Of a stretch of 64,000 nt of DNA, positions 31,401-39,979 are shown piece after piece (the stretch's first letter is position 1; the number at the start of each line of letters is the position of its first letter). A program made the position numbers and the translations under genes. This DNA comes from a virus. Lineage: Duplodnaviria; Caudoviricetes. Location of the stretch: positions 32,001-96,000 of IMG/VR virus record IMGVR_UViG_3300047159_000040. One strand, given 5' to 3'. Below the pieces are notes generated by a model. It saw nothing but the letters and a program-made list of their open reading frames with translations, was not told the origin of the DNA and made no database searches.

Positions 31401-31537
31401 GTAATCCCCGGATATTTTAAAATATTTGGCGAATCGACGTTTTTGACAAGGGTGTTTTTAATCTCGCTCGAATTCGAGTATGCGTCAAGTATCTGGGTTG
31501 ATAGGGTTTTGAAATTAGCGTTAAAGTTGTATCTCAT
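28406..31537 (-). CDS. Large Ser-rich hypothetical virion protein
   Basis: About 1040 aa. The start is placed at MRYNF because the upstream ATG lies inside the late promoter. Confidence 0.7.
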   Translation of the reverse strand: MRYNFNANFKTLSTQILDAYSNSSEIKNTLVKNVDSPNILKYPGITSSTDSTSEMAVSSDSILSQLKSLQNSFNSEASDTSASEDVSSLKTKFEDVVDKWKSLQTALANLHKRRFVLAENLGLAEMAEYYLAMADNGFTNLSRDISAYSSVSSDSSSSISSLLKKLYDDIALYGDSVKNGESSSIVSKYRTDAFDVIENIRAILENYVNSARNNGEVVPSISHDSSGNVTVTRKNIISGEIKNIFLLPSKVSTSSLVGQTADMLITLHTANEITDLSNITESDLKSIYVSSCLLHINNVKFVETSQPVLIFWSKALYTATFEDPAPTEEGGKITSELYFNPHWFFGSDSRWATKDDGSMYIIRDKSNAVRFSGKYHIETATNKSSPFDYYDTLTMDFASFDQNKPQALSDSISVNRVIKHGSTTAFTCTGTLGKVSSESGVSPLADPETGNQVYGYTIYHGSLTVKDATDSGSSSVNEEVYLRVKYNNGSPIYDIIADPEVTSNQAHMDDDLVPAAMSQSPANVGSTSISSRASGDSLADEDADAAYVSDLSKIIGIKDWTSAAFYLNSANYESSKQVVMSALTDMSIISGSKKSSIMSSISGISGVLSTFVNANSSLSTNDSGYDDSLVEDISNEISTAQGYIGNITSVDDMSVEDISSNSDIESAKASVNKAEGLADSAIVSICSQIMDVSDIISRDGMLLCPDQSKYMTKSYTSGSTLVEALTGSTSDLKSIEYSGTKIYKMSFDSDEDYESWTKAFIEFTDGTKLDAYMAFMAYAILHHIPDRGDDEFSVMKDSIKSIGSYIVKDLIENKGLSNKLVSGRCIKIMEDERSLLKDHGLLVSRNINQSKLPYALVSSIPGSISLNSVDLEKTLSTLITSDSASDYYDEVTDKMEEVWDSYISAISPDDVNDMIPKIVSSMKAASSTSMSPRSILFMAGLSESLKKFAMAAYETGSKYSPAYNAIFSLYGITDASEYTSSSEITEAIVSSSSYASTIKDVLSTYLNVWKFFYSFDTDGNIIINDIVNGSNSALSGSFKDLVA

Positions 31538-31617
31538 AAGCTTACCAAAGCCATAATTCATTGTTGACGGCTATGTTTCAGGTAGCGGAAAAAAGCGACC
31601 CTGGCTAGCAGGATCGC

Positions 31618-33204
31618 TCAGACTTTCTCGATGGCTCTTATGATCGCGTTGTTGTATCTATCGTACCCGACGCATATCTTGTAATCCGAAGCGTTCGAAG
31701 CCCCTTCTCGAACAAGGCCTATGTATCCAATGCCATACTGAGTCTTTATTCTCAGGCTCATTCTGACGTCTGATGACGCCATTTCCGTCGAATCTCTGAA
31801 CGAATACACCCTGACAGGAAGATCGACTGTCGTCCCATCGGTTCCGGTATATGTGAAATGCATGACGGACATCGCATTGTCAGCGAAGAAGAACGTGTCG
31901 CTTGCTTCCGCTTTGAGCAACGATTCAAGCAAGGCACGATTGACATAGACGTCAATGACGAAATCGCCATCTATTCCTCCGCTGATGCTGAGAGTCATAT
32001 TCGTATAATCCGGATCGGCGGCTACCTCGCTTCCAGAGGTATAGAACTCGACTCTTACCAAAGTTGTTAGATCGATGTTCTTGCTTACGGCATATGCGTG
32101 TGCTTTCTTGAAATCGGACACCATGTAATCCATTATGTTTATGCTGGTCGTATCCTGATTTTCTTCCATGGTGAAGAGCTTGTGCATGACGTTTTGGGCG
32201 ATGAATGTCTCTCCGATGGTCGACGTGAAAGTCTTCATCTCCTTGGAAATCAAGGTAAGAGGATTAAGCGCCATCGTGTAGATTCCTTCTCCGATCGAGG
32301 ATTCGGTGCTCTCGCCGTTAAGATCTGCTTTCACAGTGACGTCATCGGCTATCGCGCTGAATTCGGTATTGTCTATGCTCATGATGAAAGCGTTAGGAAG
32401 GAATGTGGATACTTGGACTCTGGCGGTTATCTCGTATATGCCTTCAGCCATGCTTTCCCTGGATATGGTTCCTTGGGCATTAAGATCCTGGACGGTTATA
32501 AGGAGGTTGGTTCTCTCATTATAGAAATAACCGGTCTTGTTTGTTGTAGGATTTGTCTTCATTGTAACGACGCCGAATCTCTTTCCGGTTCCAGCTAAGA
32601 ACTCTTCTTCGGAAACTCGTCCGTTCTCAGTTGATATGTCGAATCCCTTCAGCTTAGAAACAACGTCTACGAATGTCTTAGGTATCTCGACATTTATCAT
32701 CTGACTGTTGTAATAACAGAACATTCCAAGCTGGAATGCTGACTTAATGTAATGAACGATATCAGAGTTTTGAATGTACGAGTTAGTCCTAATGCTCACG
32801 TTGAAATTTATGGTGATGTAGTCTTTTGAGCAATAGACCCCGAACTTCATGTTAGGATCAAGGACAACTTTGGTGTAGTTGCTATTTACATTCTTGAAAA
32901 GATATAGGTTAGGCGATGATATCTGCGGGATCTTTCCTATGCCAACGGGATCATCGATAGTGATCTCCGGGCTGAAGGTGATATCCGGATAGCTGATCTT
33001 ATTCAATCCGTTTCCGGTCAAGGCATTCTTAGATCGCTCCGATTCGGTGCTGGCCGTATCGACGTAGATGTGCTTGAAGTAGTTCTTGGGGAATTTATCG
33101 AGTATGTACTTCTTGACGTTTCCAGCAACCGACGATATGAACGTCGACGATGATGCCACGGTTTGGACTAACTTTGTCTGCTCGCTGTCTTTGAATACAA
33201 ACAT
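31618..33204 (-). CDS. Virion structural protein, possibly tail terminator/sheath stabiliser-like
   Basis: 528 aa, near-leaderless from the late promoter at 33206-33217. The N-terminal YPDITFS..ITINFNVSIRT pattern loosely resembles gp15-type proteins. Confidence 0.55.
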   Translation of the reverse strand: MFVFKDSEQTKLVQTVASSSTFISSVAGNVKKYILDKFPKNYFKHIYVDTASTESERSKNALTGNGLNKISYPDITFSPEITIDDPVGIGKIPQISSPNLYLFKNVNSNYTKVVLDPNMKFGVYCSKDYITINFNVSIRTNSYIQNSDIVHYIKSAFQLGMFCYYNSQMINVEIPKTFVDVVSKLKGFDISTENGRVSEEEFLAGTGKRFGVVTMKTNPTTNKTGYFYNERTNLLITVQDLNAQGTISRESMAEGIYEITARVQVSTFLPNAFIMSIDNTEFSAIADDVTVKADLNGESTESSIGEGIYTMALNPLTLISKEMKTFTSTIGETFIAQNVMHKLFTMEENQDTTSINIMDYMVSDFKKAHAYAVSKNIDLTTLVRVEFYTSGSEVAADPDYTNMTLSISGGIDGDFVIDVYVNRALLESLLKAEASDTFFFADNAMSVMHFTYTGTDGTTVDLPVRVYSFRDSTEMASSDVRMSLRIKTQYGIGYIGLVREGASNASDYKICVGYDRYNNAIIRAIEKV

Positions 33205-33270
33205 ATAATCGATTGTTCGAGGCCATGTCTTCGCCAGGGGAAAATTTAAAAAAAAGCCGGATCCGATAGA

Positions 33271-33987
33271 TCAGGCTTTGTCTTCGTCATCGACTTCGGA
33301 GAAGTCGTCGTTTCCGTATCGTATCTTCAGGCGGATGATGTTCTTATCGAGCTTTGCTTTGTTGATGGATTCGATGGCATCCGCGTCGGTGCATGACTTG
33401 GCTAACTCGACTTTAGACTCGAGATCGTCAGTGATGTATTTGTGGTATTTGATGTAAAAGTCGGCGAAGTTGCCATTGACCTTGCTAAGCGGGATGACTA
33501 TCCCGCCGCTATGGGCAAGCTCGTGCATGGTCGTTGACAGCGGAACCAATCCAACATTTCCGCAATAGTGCTCATTCATGACTCTTTCCGCGATCTGAAA
33601 CGCTGAGAACGTGAGATCGTCGGAATGGCTGGTATCATCGAACATGCTAGCCGCAACCACTTTGCAGATATCGTATAGGGTGAACGGATAATGGTGGAAT
33701 TCGATGGAGATATCCATATCGTCTGAATTGAGACCTGGCATAAGCGCGCAGGAGTTTAGATTGATATTCTCTTTCAGATAGTTGATGTAACGACGGTATT
33801 CCGGAGAAGTGCGAACCGTCTTCTCGATAAGGGTGACGATCTTGTTGTCAGCCAGCTGCTTCGCATTGATTCCGTATTCGGAATAATCGAATGCCGATAC
33901 ATCAAGCGCAACAGTCGTTGACTTCTCTGGCGCTCGCTGGACCGATGCGGATCCTTTGTCTAGGATAGGATTGATTGCTTGTTGCAT
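33271..33987 (-). CDS. HNH-like protein (paralog of 47781-48392)
   Basis: IEFHHYPFTLYDI...NVGLVPLSTTMHELAH beta-beta-alpha-Me-like motif. Confidence 0.65.
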   Translation of the reverse strand: MQQAINPILDKGSASVQRAPEKSTTVALDVSAFDYSEYGINAKQLADNKIVTLIEKTVRTSPEYRRYINYLKENINLNSCALMPGLNSDDMDISIEFHHYPFTLYDICKVVAASMFDDTSHSDDLTFSAFQIAERVMNEHYCGNVGLVPLSTTMHELAHSGGIVIPLSKVNGNFADFYIKYHKYITDDLESKVELAKSCTDADAIESINKAKLDKNIIRLKIRYGNDDFSEVDDEDKA

Positions 33988-34320
33988 GTTGTTGAACCTT
34001 CTTTTACTACTACTAGTATATGGTTACATACTCGATTTCATTTATCAGTATGCATATGTATGCATAGTAGTATGTATTCTTGGTTGTATCCGTGCCGGTA
34101 GATGTAGAGAGTAGGTACTTCTTTACTTCTTTATGTCCCTTTCTTCTTTCTTAGGAGGGAGAAGAAGGAGGCGACGCGATCGCCAACCATAATTTGTTGT
34201 TCCCAAAGGGTCCAGAAAATGCCGTGATTCTAATTGGTTGTTCCGGCCATTTTGCTCCCAAAAATTAAAAATCCCGTCAACTATCCATTATACGAAGACC
34301 ATCCCATGGGGGTTTCGGCC

Positions 34321-34731
34321 ATGACTGAATACAAAGACTTTACGCTCAATAATGGATCGAATGGCTCCCTTGAGGAATACACCGGCGCATCAGCGACCGT
34401 TTTAGCTATCAGGAACATCATTCTCAGCCGACCGGAAAACTTCCCGCTTACCCCATCCTTGGGATTGGACATCAGCAAATATGAGTTTGATCTTGGCGAT
34501 AGCGAGACCATGGATACCATAAAATCCGATCTTCAGCGCCAGATCAGCCTATATGTTCCGTCTGTGGATAACGTCAATGCCGAGGTGTCTCTTGTAGAAG
34601 ATGATAGCAAAAATGGACGGTTCGTGTTAGGATTTAAAGTAGAAGCAGCCACCGCCAACGATAACTTCACGGCATACTGGCTGGTTGAGGTCCAAGACGG
34701 GATCCCGCATGTGGTAAACGAGACGTATTGA
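34321..34731 (+). CDS. Baseplate wedge protein, gp25-like
   Basis: AIRNIILSRPENFPLTPSLGLDISKYEFD...I..QI..YVP matches the GPW/gp25 pattern. Confidence 0.8.
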   Translation: MTEYKDFTLNNGSNGSLEEYTGASATVLAIRNIILSRPENFPLTPSLGLDISKYEFDLGDSETMDTIKSDLQRQISLYVPSVDNVNAEVSLVEDDSKNGRFVLGFKVEAATANDNFTAYWLVEVQDGIPHVVNETY

Positions 34732-34765
34732 TGAATGAATAAGGAAAGACATCGGAGATGCATCT

Positions 34766-36001
34766 ATGCCAGAAAATAATCAGAAGCCAGCAGACAACGT
34801 CGAGGTTAAAGACACCGTTGAGATCAAGGAGTCCAAAGATAGCGCTCCGTCAGATCCAACGATCGCCAAAGTGACCGAATCGCTAAAGAAGCAATCCGAT
34901 ATCGAAACGGATTATGAGCGCCCGCTATACAATCTCAGCGACGCCGATTTCTCAAGCACCGTCATGTTCGACAGCGATGTCGACGACTATGACGATGGCG
35001 ACGAATCGGGAGCCGAGATCACCGTCGAGCCGAAGGAAGATCAGACCAAGACAAAGGCCGTTCCGTTTGATTTGTCGACCGTAAAGAGAACGACTGCCAG
35101 AAATGAGCTTGACATCGAAGGCGACATCAAGCATGCGCTCTATGCCGGAAAGTCGGCGTTCCAAATCGTCGCAGCGCAATCCGGGTACATCGCCAAGATT
35201 TCGCCTCTGGTCAACAGCGACTTCGTCGATCTGTATAACTCATCTCTGAACTCATTCGAGAGCAAGAAGCTCGTGTTCAACATCCTTTATGACAAAATTC
35301 TCGAGACGTCGGCTGGAAAGATGACATTCGACGAATGGCTTTCCAATACGTCAATCGGAGATCTCGAGACGTTCTATTACGGCCTCTATTGCTCAACGTT
35401 CGGCGATGATGGAGTGGCCAGCATGGACTGCCCATATTGCCGAAAGACCATCCAGTTCCCGCTAAGTTGCAGAAACCTCGTCAAGACCGCCGACAAAGAA
35501 AAGATGAAAGAACGCCTTGACCAAGTCTCGAAGAACGCGACTACCGCCAACGACATGAAGACTTATTCGCTTTTGAGCGAAGTCAGAAGCTATAAGCTTC
35601 CTAAGAGCGGAATCGGAGTGAAGCTCAAGATGCCAAGCCTGCATGACATGCTCGTTTTCCTCAGAGCTATCCCAGACAAGGTCGCTCAGGCTAAGTCTAA
35701 CAATCCGTCATACATCAGCACCATTCTGTCAATCGGATCCTTCTTCGTCCCGTCTAGACTCCCGGGCGGCGATATCATATACGACGAAATAACCGATTCT
35801 CAGAAGATCATAAGAATCGTGGATGAGATGGACATCGATGATGCGAATGCCCTTACGCAAATCACCACCGAGATGATCGAGAATTATCACATCACCTATT
35901 CCGTCAAGGACGTCAAATGCCCGGCATGCGGAAAAGAGATCGGCGATATTCCAGTAAATATCGAGCGCATCCTTTTTACACTGATCTTCAGGAAGATGTA
36001 G
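34766..36001 (+). CDS. Baseplate hub / tail assembly chaperone, T4 gp26-like
   Basis: Two CxxC motifs (CPYC, CPAC), and the LPKSG..VKLKMP motif typical of the gp26 family. Confidence 0.7.
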   Translation: MPENNQKPADNVEVKDTVEIKESKDSAPSDPTIAKVTESLKKQSDIETDYERPLYNLSDADFSSTVMFDSDVDDYDDGDESGAEITVEPKEDQTKTKAVPFDLSTVKRTTARNELDIEGDIKHALYAGKSAFQIVAAQSGYIAKISPLVNSDFVDLYNSSLNSFESKKLVFNILYDKILETSAGKMTFDEWLSNTSIGDLETFYYGLYCSTFGDDGVASMDCPYCRKTIQFPLSCRNLVKTADKEKMKERLDQVSKNATTANDMKTYSLLSEVRSYKLPKSGIGVKLKMPSLHDMLVFLRAIPDKVAQAKSNNPSYISTILSIGSFFVPSRLPGGDIIYDEITDSQKIIRIVDEMDIDDANALTQITTEMIENYHITYSVKDVKCPACGKEIGDIPVNIERILFTLIFRKM

Positions 36002-36324
36002 TGATAAGTTCCAACGACTCCGATGACGTCAAAGCCCATAAGATTCAGACGATCATCAATAATCGGAAGGAGTTGGAGAACCTGAAAGAGTCTAAAGCCG
36101 AGGAGATCGTAACTTATCTCGATCTCTTCGGAGGCCAAATCTCGTTGCTTGAGATCATGAATATGCCAATATCGTTGCTCAGGCAATTGAAGGCCGCCAA
36201 GATCAAAGAGAAAGAATTGATGTCTAAGAGCAGAGCCAAAGCCAGCAAATCGCTTACTCCGGCATACGTATCTGCGCCAAACAGCACCGCGGGAAAGAAT
36301 AATCCATCCGCGAAAAGGAAGTGA
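36001..36324 (+). CDS. Small gp51 / tail assembly chaperone T-like protein (GTG start, or a -1 frameshift extension of the upstream gene)
   Basis: LFGGQISLLEIMNMPISLLRQL motif. The frame is open from 35917 and is -1 relative to the upstream gene. Confidence 0.6.
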   Translation: MISSNDSDDVKAHKIQTIINNRKELENLKESKAEEIVTYLDLFGGQISLLEIMNMPISLLRQLKAAKIKEKELMSKSRAKASKSLTPAYVSAPNSTAGKNNPSAKRK

Positions 36325-36331
36325 ATTACCT

Positions 36332-36715
36332 ATGACAATTCGAGAAGCGCTCAAGGAAGTCTGCCGCATATCGGAAGACGAAGCCATCAATGAGCAAAAT
36401 TGGATGGACTCTATCCAGTACAGCGACAACATCTACGACGTCGACAAGCTTCTGACGGAGTACATCCCGCAGAAGTCGATCACGTTCCTCCCGAGTTTCA
36501 AGGGGATCCACGTCGTCGAGCAGCTTGGCATACTCAGTACCGATGAGGAGAATGAGATGAGGGTCTTCCTCGTCAAGTCTCCGGCGTTCGAGAACGATCC
36601 CGATGCCATTCGGCGCATCGAATACAATGCCAAATACATGGGCATCAAGACCAAGTACGACAAGACTACTGGCGTCATGACTCTGATCATCGTCGAAAGC
36701 TGGGCATCCAAATGA
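36332..36715 (+). CDS. Hypothetical protein
   Basis: 127 aa, ATGA overlap with the chaperonin gene. Confidence 0.7.
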   Translation: MTIREALKEVCRISEDEAINEQNWMDSIQYSDNIYDVDKLLTEYIPQKSITFLPSFKGIHVVEQLGILSTDEENEMRVFLVKSPAFENDPDAIRRIEYNAKYMGIKTKYDKTTGVMTLIIVESWASK

Positions 36716-38535
36716 AATTACGAAACAAAACGAACCAATACATCTGCCTCAAGGAGAATGGCCTGGCCGTTCAATACGCCACCAACGTTTCCGAAGAGGA
36801 TATCGCAAAGCGCAAGATCAGATCCGTTCTTGAGATCATCGCCAAGAACCTCTGCGCGTCTCTTGGGCCTTATGGCTCAACCACGGTCATTCAGGATCCT
36901 GAGAAGAAGCATCTCTGCACCAAAGACGGATACGACATCATCAACAAGATGATGTTCGACGACGAAGTCGCCAACACCGTTCTCGATATCGTCCGCCAAG
37001 TCGCCAGCTCCCAGGTAACCACCGTCGGAGACGGATCGACTTCGGCGATCGTCATCGCTTCGTCGCTTTACCAGGCGCTCACCGACAAGGGAAATAAAAA
37101 ATATTTCCGCAAGGTGGCTCCGAAGGATATCGTCGATATCCTCAAAGAGATGAGCATCGAGATCGATTCTTATCTTGAGAAGGATGCTATTCAGGTCAGC
37201 GACGACATGCATCAGATCGAAACCATCGCCACAGTTGCCACCAACAACGATCCGGCTATCGGCAAGAAGATCAAAGAGGCCTATCAGATCGCCGGAAAAT
37301 ACGGATTCGTCGACAGAGACACCACCGGCAACTATGCCGTCGATACGCTTGAGAAGCAGCAGGGCATCGAATGGGACAGAGGCTATATCGACAAGTGCTT
37401 CGCCTATAACCGCCCCGATGGAACCGTCTATCATGACGATCCGCTGATCTTCCTTTTCAAAGGAACCATCACCTATGACGACATCTCACCCATCGTGGCG
37501 CCCATTCTCGGATACGCCACCGGAAACAAATCGAGAGAGCTCATAATCGTTGCCAACGCATTCGACGACGACGCGATTACTTTCTTCAAGACCAACCGCC
37601 TGATGCACCTTCAGACCAGGAACATCATCGACAAGAAGCCTGAGCTCGTTTTCACGGTAGTCGATATCGACAGCATCACCAAATCAAGCATCAACACGAT
37701 CGACGATCTCGCTCTCATGTCCGGATGCAAGATCTATGACAAATTCGTCGACACGCCAGACGAGATCGAGAATAACGCCGAGCAATTCATCGGAGCGGTC
37801 AAGAAAGCCACGATCACCCAAAGCAAGACGACCATGATCTGCTATTCGTCGAGCGACTTATCCGATCGCAAAGGCCAGAAGGCCGTAGACGATATCAAGG
37901 AAGTCACCACGAAGATCAAATCGGATCTCGATGAGCTCAGAGCGATCAAGCTCCGCACCACCGATGACGAAGTCAAGATCTTCCATCTCACCAAGAGGCT
38001 TTCCCATCTTGAAGGCAACGCCGTCGTCTATCACATCGGAGGAGAGTCCCTAGCCGAGAAGCTCAGCAAAGACCGCCTCATCGAAGACGCCATCTATGCG
38101 TCTAAATCGGCCATGGAGCATGGATACATCCCTGGCGGAAACCTCATGATCCCGAAGATCCTTACTGATCACAAGGACGACATCTCCGCCGATCTCATAG
38201 CCAAATTCCCGCATATCGAAGACAAAGCGTTCTTCGGGTATTTCGTATCCCTCATCAAAGACGCCTTCCTCGAAAGCTACCGACATGTCCTCGACAACTC
38301 CTATCTGACTGAGCGCGAGGTCAGGAAGACCATCGCAAGATGCCTTTCCGACTCCGAGATATACAACCTCAAAGCCCACAGATTCGAGTCATTCAAAGAC
38401 ACCAGCATCATCAATTCGACCGAAACCGACTCCGAGATCATGAAGAGCTGCATCTCGATCATCGGGCTTCTTGCCACCAGCAACCAGTTCATCACGAACA
38501 ACCTCGGCGTCAAAGACCTAATCCGTCGCAAGTGA
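36712..38535 (+). CDS. groEL: Phage GroEL-like chaperonin
   Basis: SLGPYG, TKDG, VGDGSTSA nucleotide-binding motif, and IEDAI..KSAMEHGYIPGG. Confidence 0.93.
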   Translation: MKLRNKTNQYICLKENGLAVQYATNVSEEDIAKRKIRSVLEIIAKNLCASLGPYGSTTVIQDPEKKHLCTKDGYDIINKMMFDDEVANTVLDIVRQVASSQVTTVGDGSTSAIVIASSLYQALTDKGNKKYFRKVAPKDIVDILKEMSIEIDSYLEKDAIQVSDDMHQIETIATVATNNDPAIGKKIKEAYQIAGKYGFVDRDTTGNYAVDTLEKQQGIEWDRGYIDKCFAYNRPDGTVYHDDPLIFLFKGTITYDDISPIVAPILGYATGNKSRELIIVANAFDDDAITFFKTNRLMHLQTRNIIDKKPELVFTVVDIDSITKSSINTIDDLALMSGCKIYDKFVDTPDEIENNAEQFIGAVKKATITQSKTTMICYSSSDLSDRKGQKAVDDIKEVTTKIKSDLDELRAIKLRTTDDEVKIFHLTKRLSHLEGNAVVYHIGGESLAEKLSKDRLIEDAIYASKSAMEHGYIPGGNLMIPKILTDHKDDISADLIAKFPHIEDKAFFGYFVSLIKDAFLESYRHVLDNSYLTEREVRKTIARCLSDSEIYNLKAHRFESFKDTSIINSTETDSEIMKSCISIIGLLATSNQFITNNLGVKDLIRRK

Positions 38536-38566
38536 AAAATAAATTATTTCCCTGGAGGCGCTGCCT

Positions 38567-38878
38567 ATGAGCAAGCAAAAGAGGAATAATGAATACGACT
38601 TCGGAGACATGATTAAAACCAAGGCTCTCAAAGGCCCTTGCGGAAGCATCAAGACGAAGACGTTCTACTACGTTGATGACGGATTCGTCATGGTGGCCGA
38701 CAAAGGAATTGTCAAATGCGAAGACGGCGTTTCGTACCTTATCGAGTCGCATCCCGTCGGAGACAGCCATCCGACCATGATGGGATTCGGAGAGGGAGAT
38801 CTTCAGAATTTGGTCATCTTCAGAGGCGAGGATGACGCCACGCAATATCTGATCGACGAAGGCGTCTCCAACAACTAA
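38567..38878 (+). CDS. Hypothetical protein
   Basis: 103 aa with a GGAGG RBS. Confidence 0.7.
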   Translation: MSKQKRNNEYDFGDMIKTKALKGPCGSIKTKTFYYVDDGFVMVADKGIVKCEDGVSYLIESHPVGDSHPTMMGFGEGDLQNLVIFRGEDDATQYLIDEGVSNN

Positions 38879-38905
38879 TTATGCAATCGCTGGAGGAAAA
38901 CATCG

Positions 38906-39760
38906 ATGGCAACTACTATAACGTTGCGGCAATTCGTTGATAACCCCAGCGGACGCGGAAGCGCATATCTTGCCAAAAGGGCCATGATCAAAGATGGCCT
39001 GAACATGACGTTCATCAAGCTGCTTCGTGAGAATCGAAGGCAGTTCATGGCGGTTCCTTACATCGAGAAGAACGGCGATATCATCTTCTGGGTAAAGGTT
39101 CCTTCGGAGCTGTATTCGATAAACAAGATCACTTACGATGTCCTGTTTGAATTCCATAGGGATCCTAAGGCATTCGACAAACGATTGGCGATAACCGATG
39201 TGACGTTCTTCTCGAATTCGCCGTCGTTCATATACACTTATGCGTATGTCTTCAATAAGATGGGATTGCTCATCCCTAAGTTCAGCTCGAAGCTTCCGTC
39301 GCAGTGCCTGACCCAGGCGCCTACGATGCGAAACCCGGTTGAGACTCTTGGATGGGAGAAGTCCATATACGTCGCCGCCAGATATTTGCTTGACGGATTC
39401 TGCCTTACGGATTCGTACATCGCAAGATATGGCCAGCATTACGACAACAGTGCCGAGGCCAATCTCTATCGCAGCATAGCCGATCCTAACACGCTGCTAA
39501 GCATCTATCAGCACGCGATGTACATGCGAGCTCAGACGCATAGGCATAAGATCAGCGCCGAAGCTATCAAGGCAAGAAATGCGCGAGCCGAGAGATTCAA
39601 TCGCCTTCAGAAGCAGAATACCCCTCGGGTAAGCCATAATGGAATTTGGGTAGTCCCTAGATCTAAGATCACCGCCAGAAAGGCCACCCGATCGATACTT
39701 AATGATGGTCATAAGCCATCGTCGTTCATCCGTCCAAGAGGGCCTAAAAGAAAAGTGTGA
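38906..39760 (+). CDS. Hypothetical protein with a basic C-terminal tail
   Basis: 284 aa, GGAGG RBS, Arg/Lys-rich end. Confidence 0.75.
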   Translation: MATTITLRQFVDNPSGRGSAYLAKRAMIKDGLNMTFIKLLRENRRQFMAVPYIEKNGDIIFWVKVPSELYSINKITYDVLFEFHRDPKAFDKRLAITDVTFFSNSPSFIYTYAYVFNKMGLLIPKFSSKLPSQCLTQAPTMRNPVETLGWEKSIYVAARYLLDGFCLTDSYIARYGQHYDNSAEANLYRSIADPNTLLSIYQHAMYMRAQTHRHKISAEAIKARNARAERFNRLQKQNTPRVSHNGIWVVPRSKITARKATRSILNDGHKPSSFIRPRGPKRKV

Positions 39761-39776
39761 AAATATCATTTTCACA

Positions 39777-39804
39777 TTGACGGACCGAACGCCTAGGCTA
39801 TAAT
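39777..39804 (+). promoter_or_regulatory. SigmaA-type promoter P1
   Basis: TTGACG-N16-TATAAT, preceded by the palindrome TGTGAAAAT-ATC-ATTTTCACA. Confidence 0.75.
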
Positions 39805-39810
39805 AGTTAT

Positions 39811-39938
39811 GTAGGTCGGATGCGTCGTTCCTTGCTTCCTACACAGGATGAAAAGCCCACTCAGCAGGGCAGCCAAGACACCGATACGCGTCCGATAGAT
39901 AACAGGAAGATCTGCCGTTAAATGCGGCAGATCTTTTT
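39811..39938 (+). ncRNA. Putative structured small RNA 1 (three-way junction) with intrinsic terminator
   Basis: Starts 7 nt after TATAAT. Outer stem 39816-25/39886-95, inner hairpins TCCT-ACAC-AGGA and GCCC-N8-GGGC, terminator AGATCTGCCG/CGGCAGATCT-TTTT. No credible ORF with an RBS. Confidence 0.6.
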
Positions 39939-39979
39939 AAACACATTTTTGTTGATGAGATCGGCATAAGTGTTATATA

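Noticed and set aside
39811-39938. tRNA or hammerhead ribozyme
   Set aside because: There is no TTC T-loop or cloverleaf and no CUGANGA core. No tRNA or rRNA was recognised anywhere in the window.
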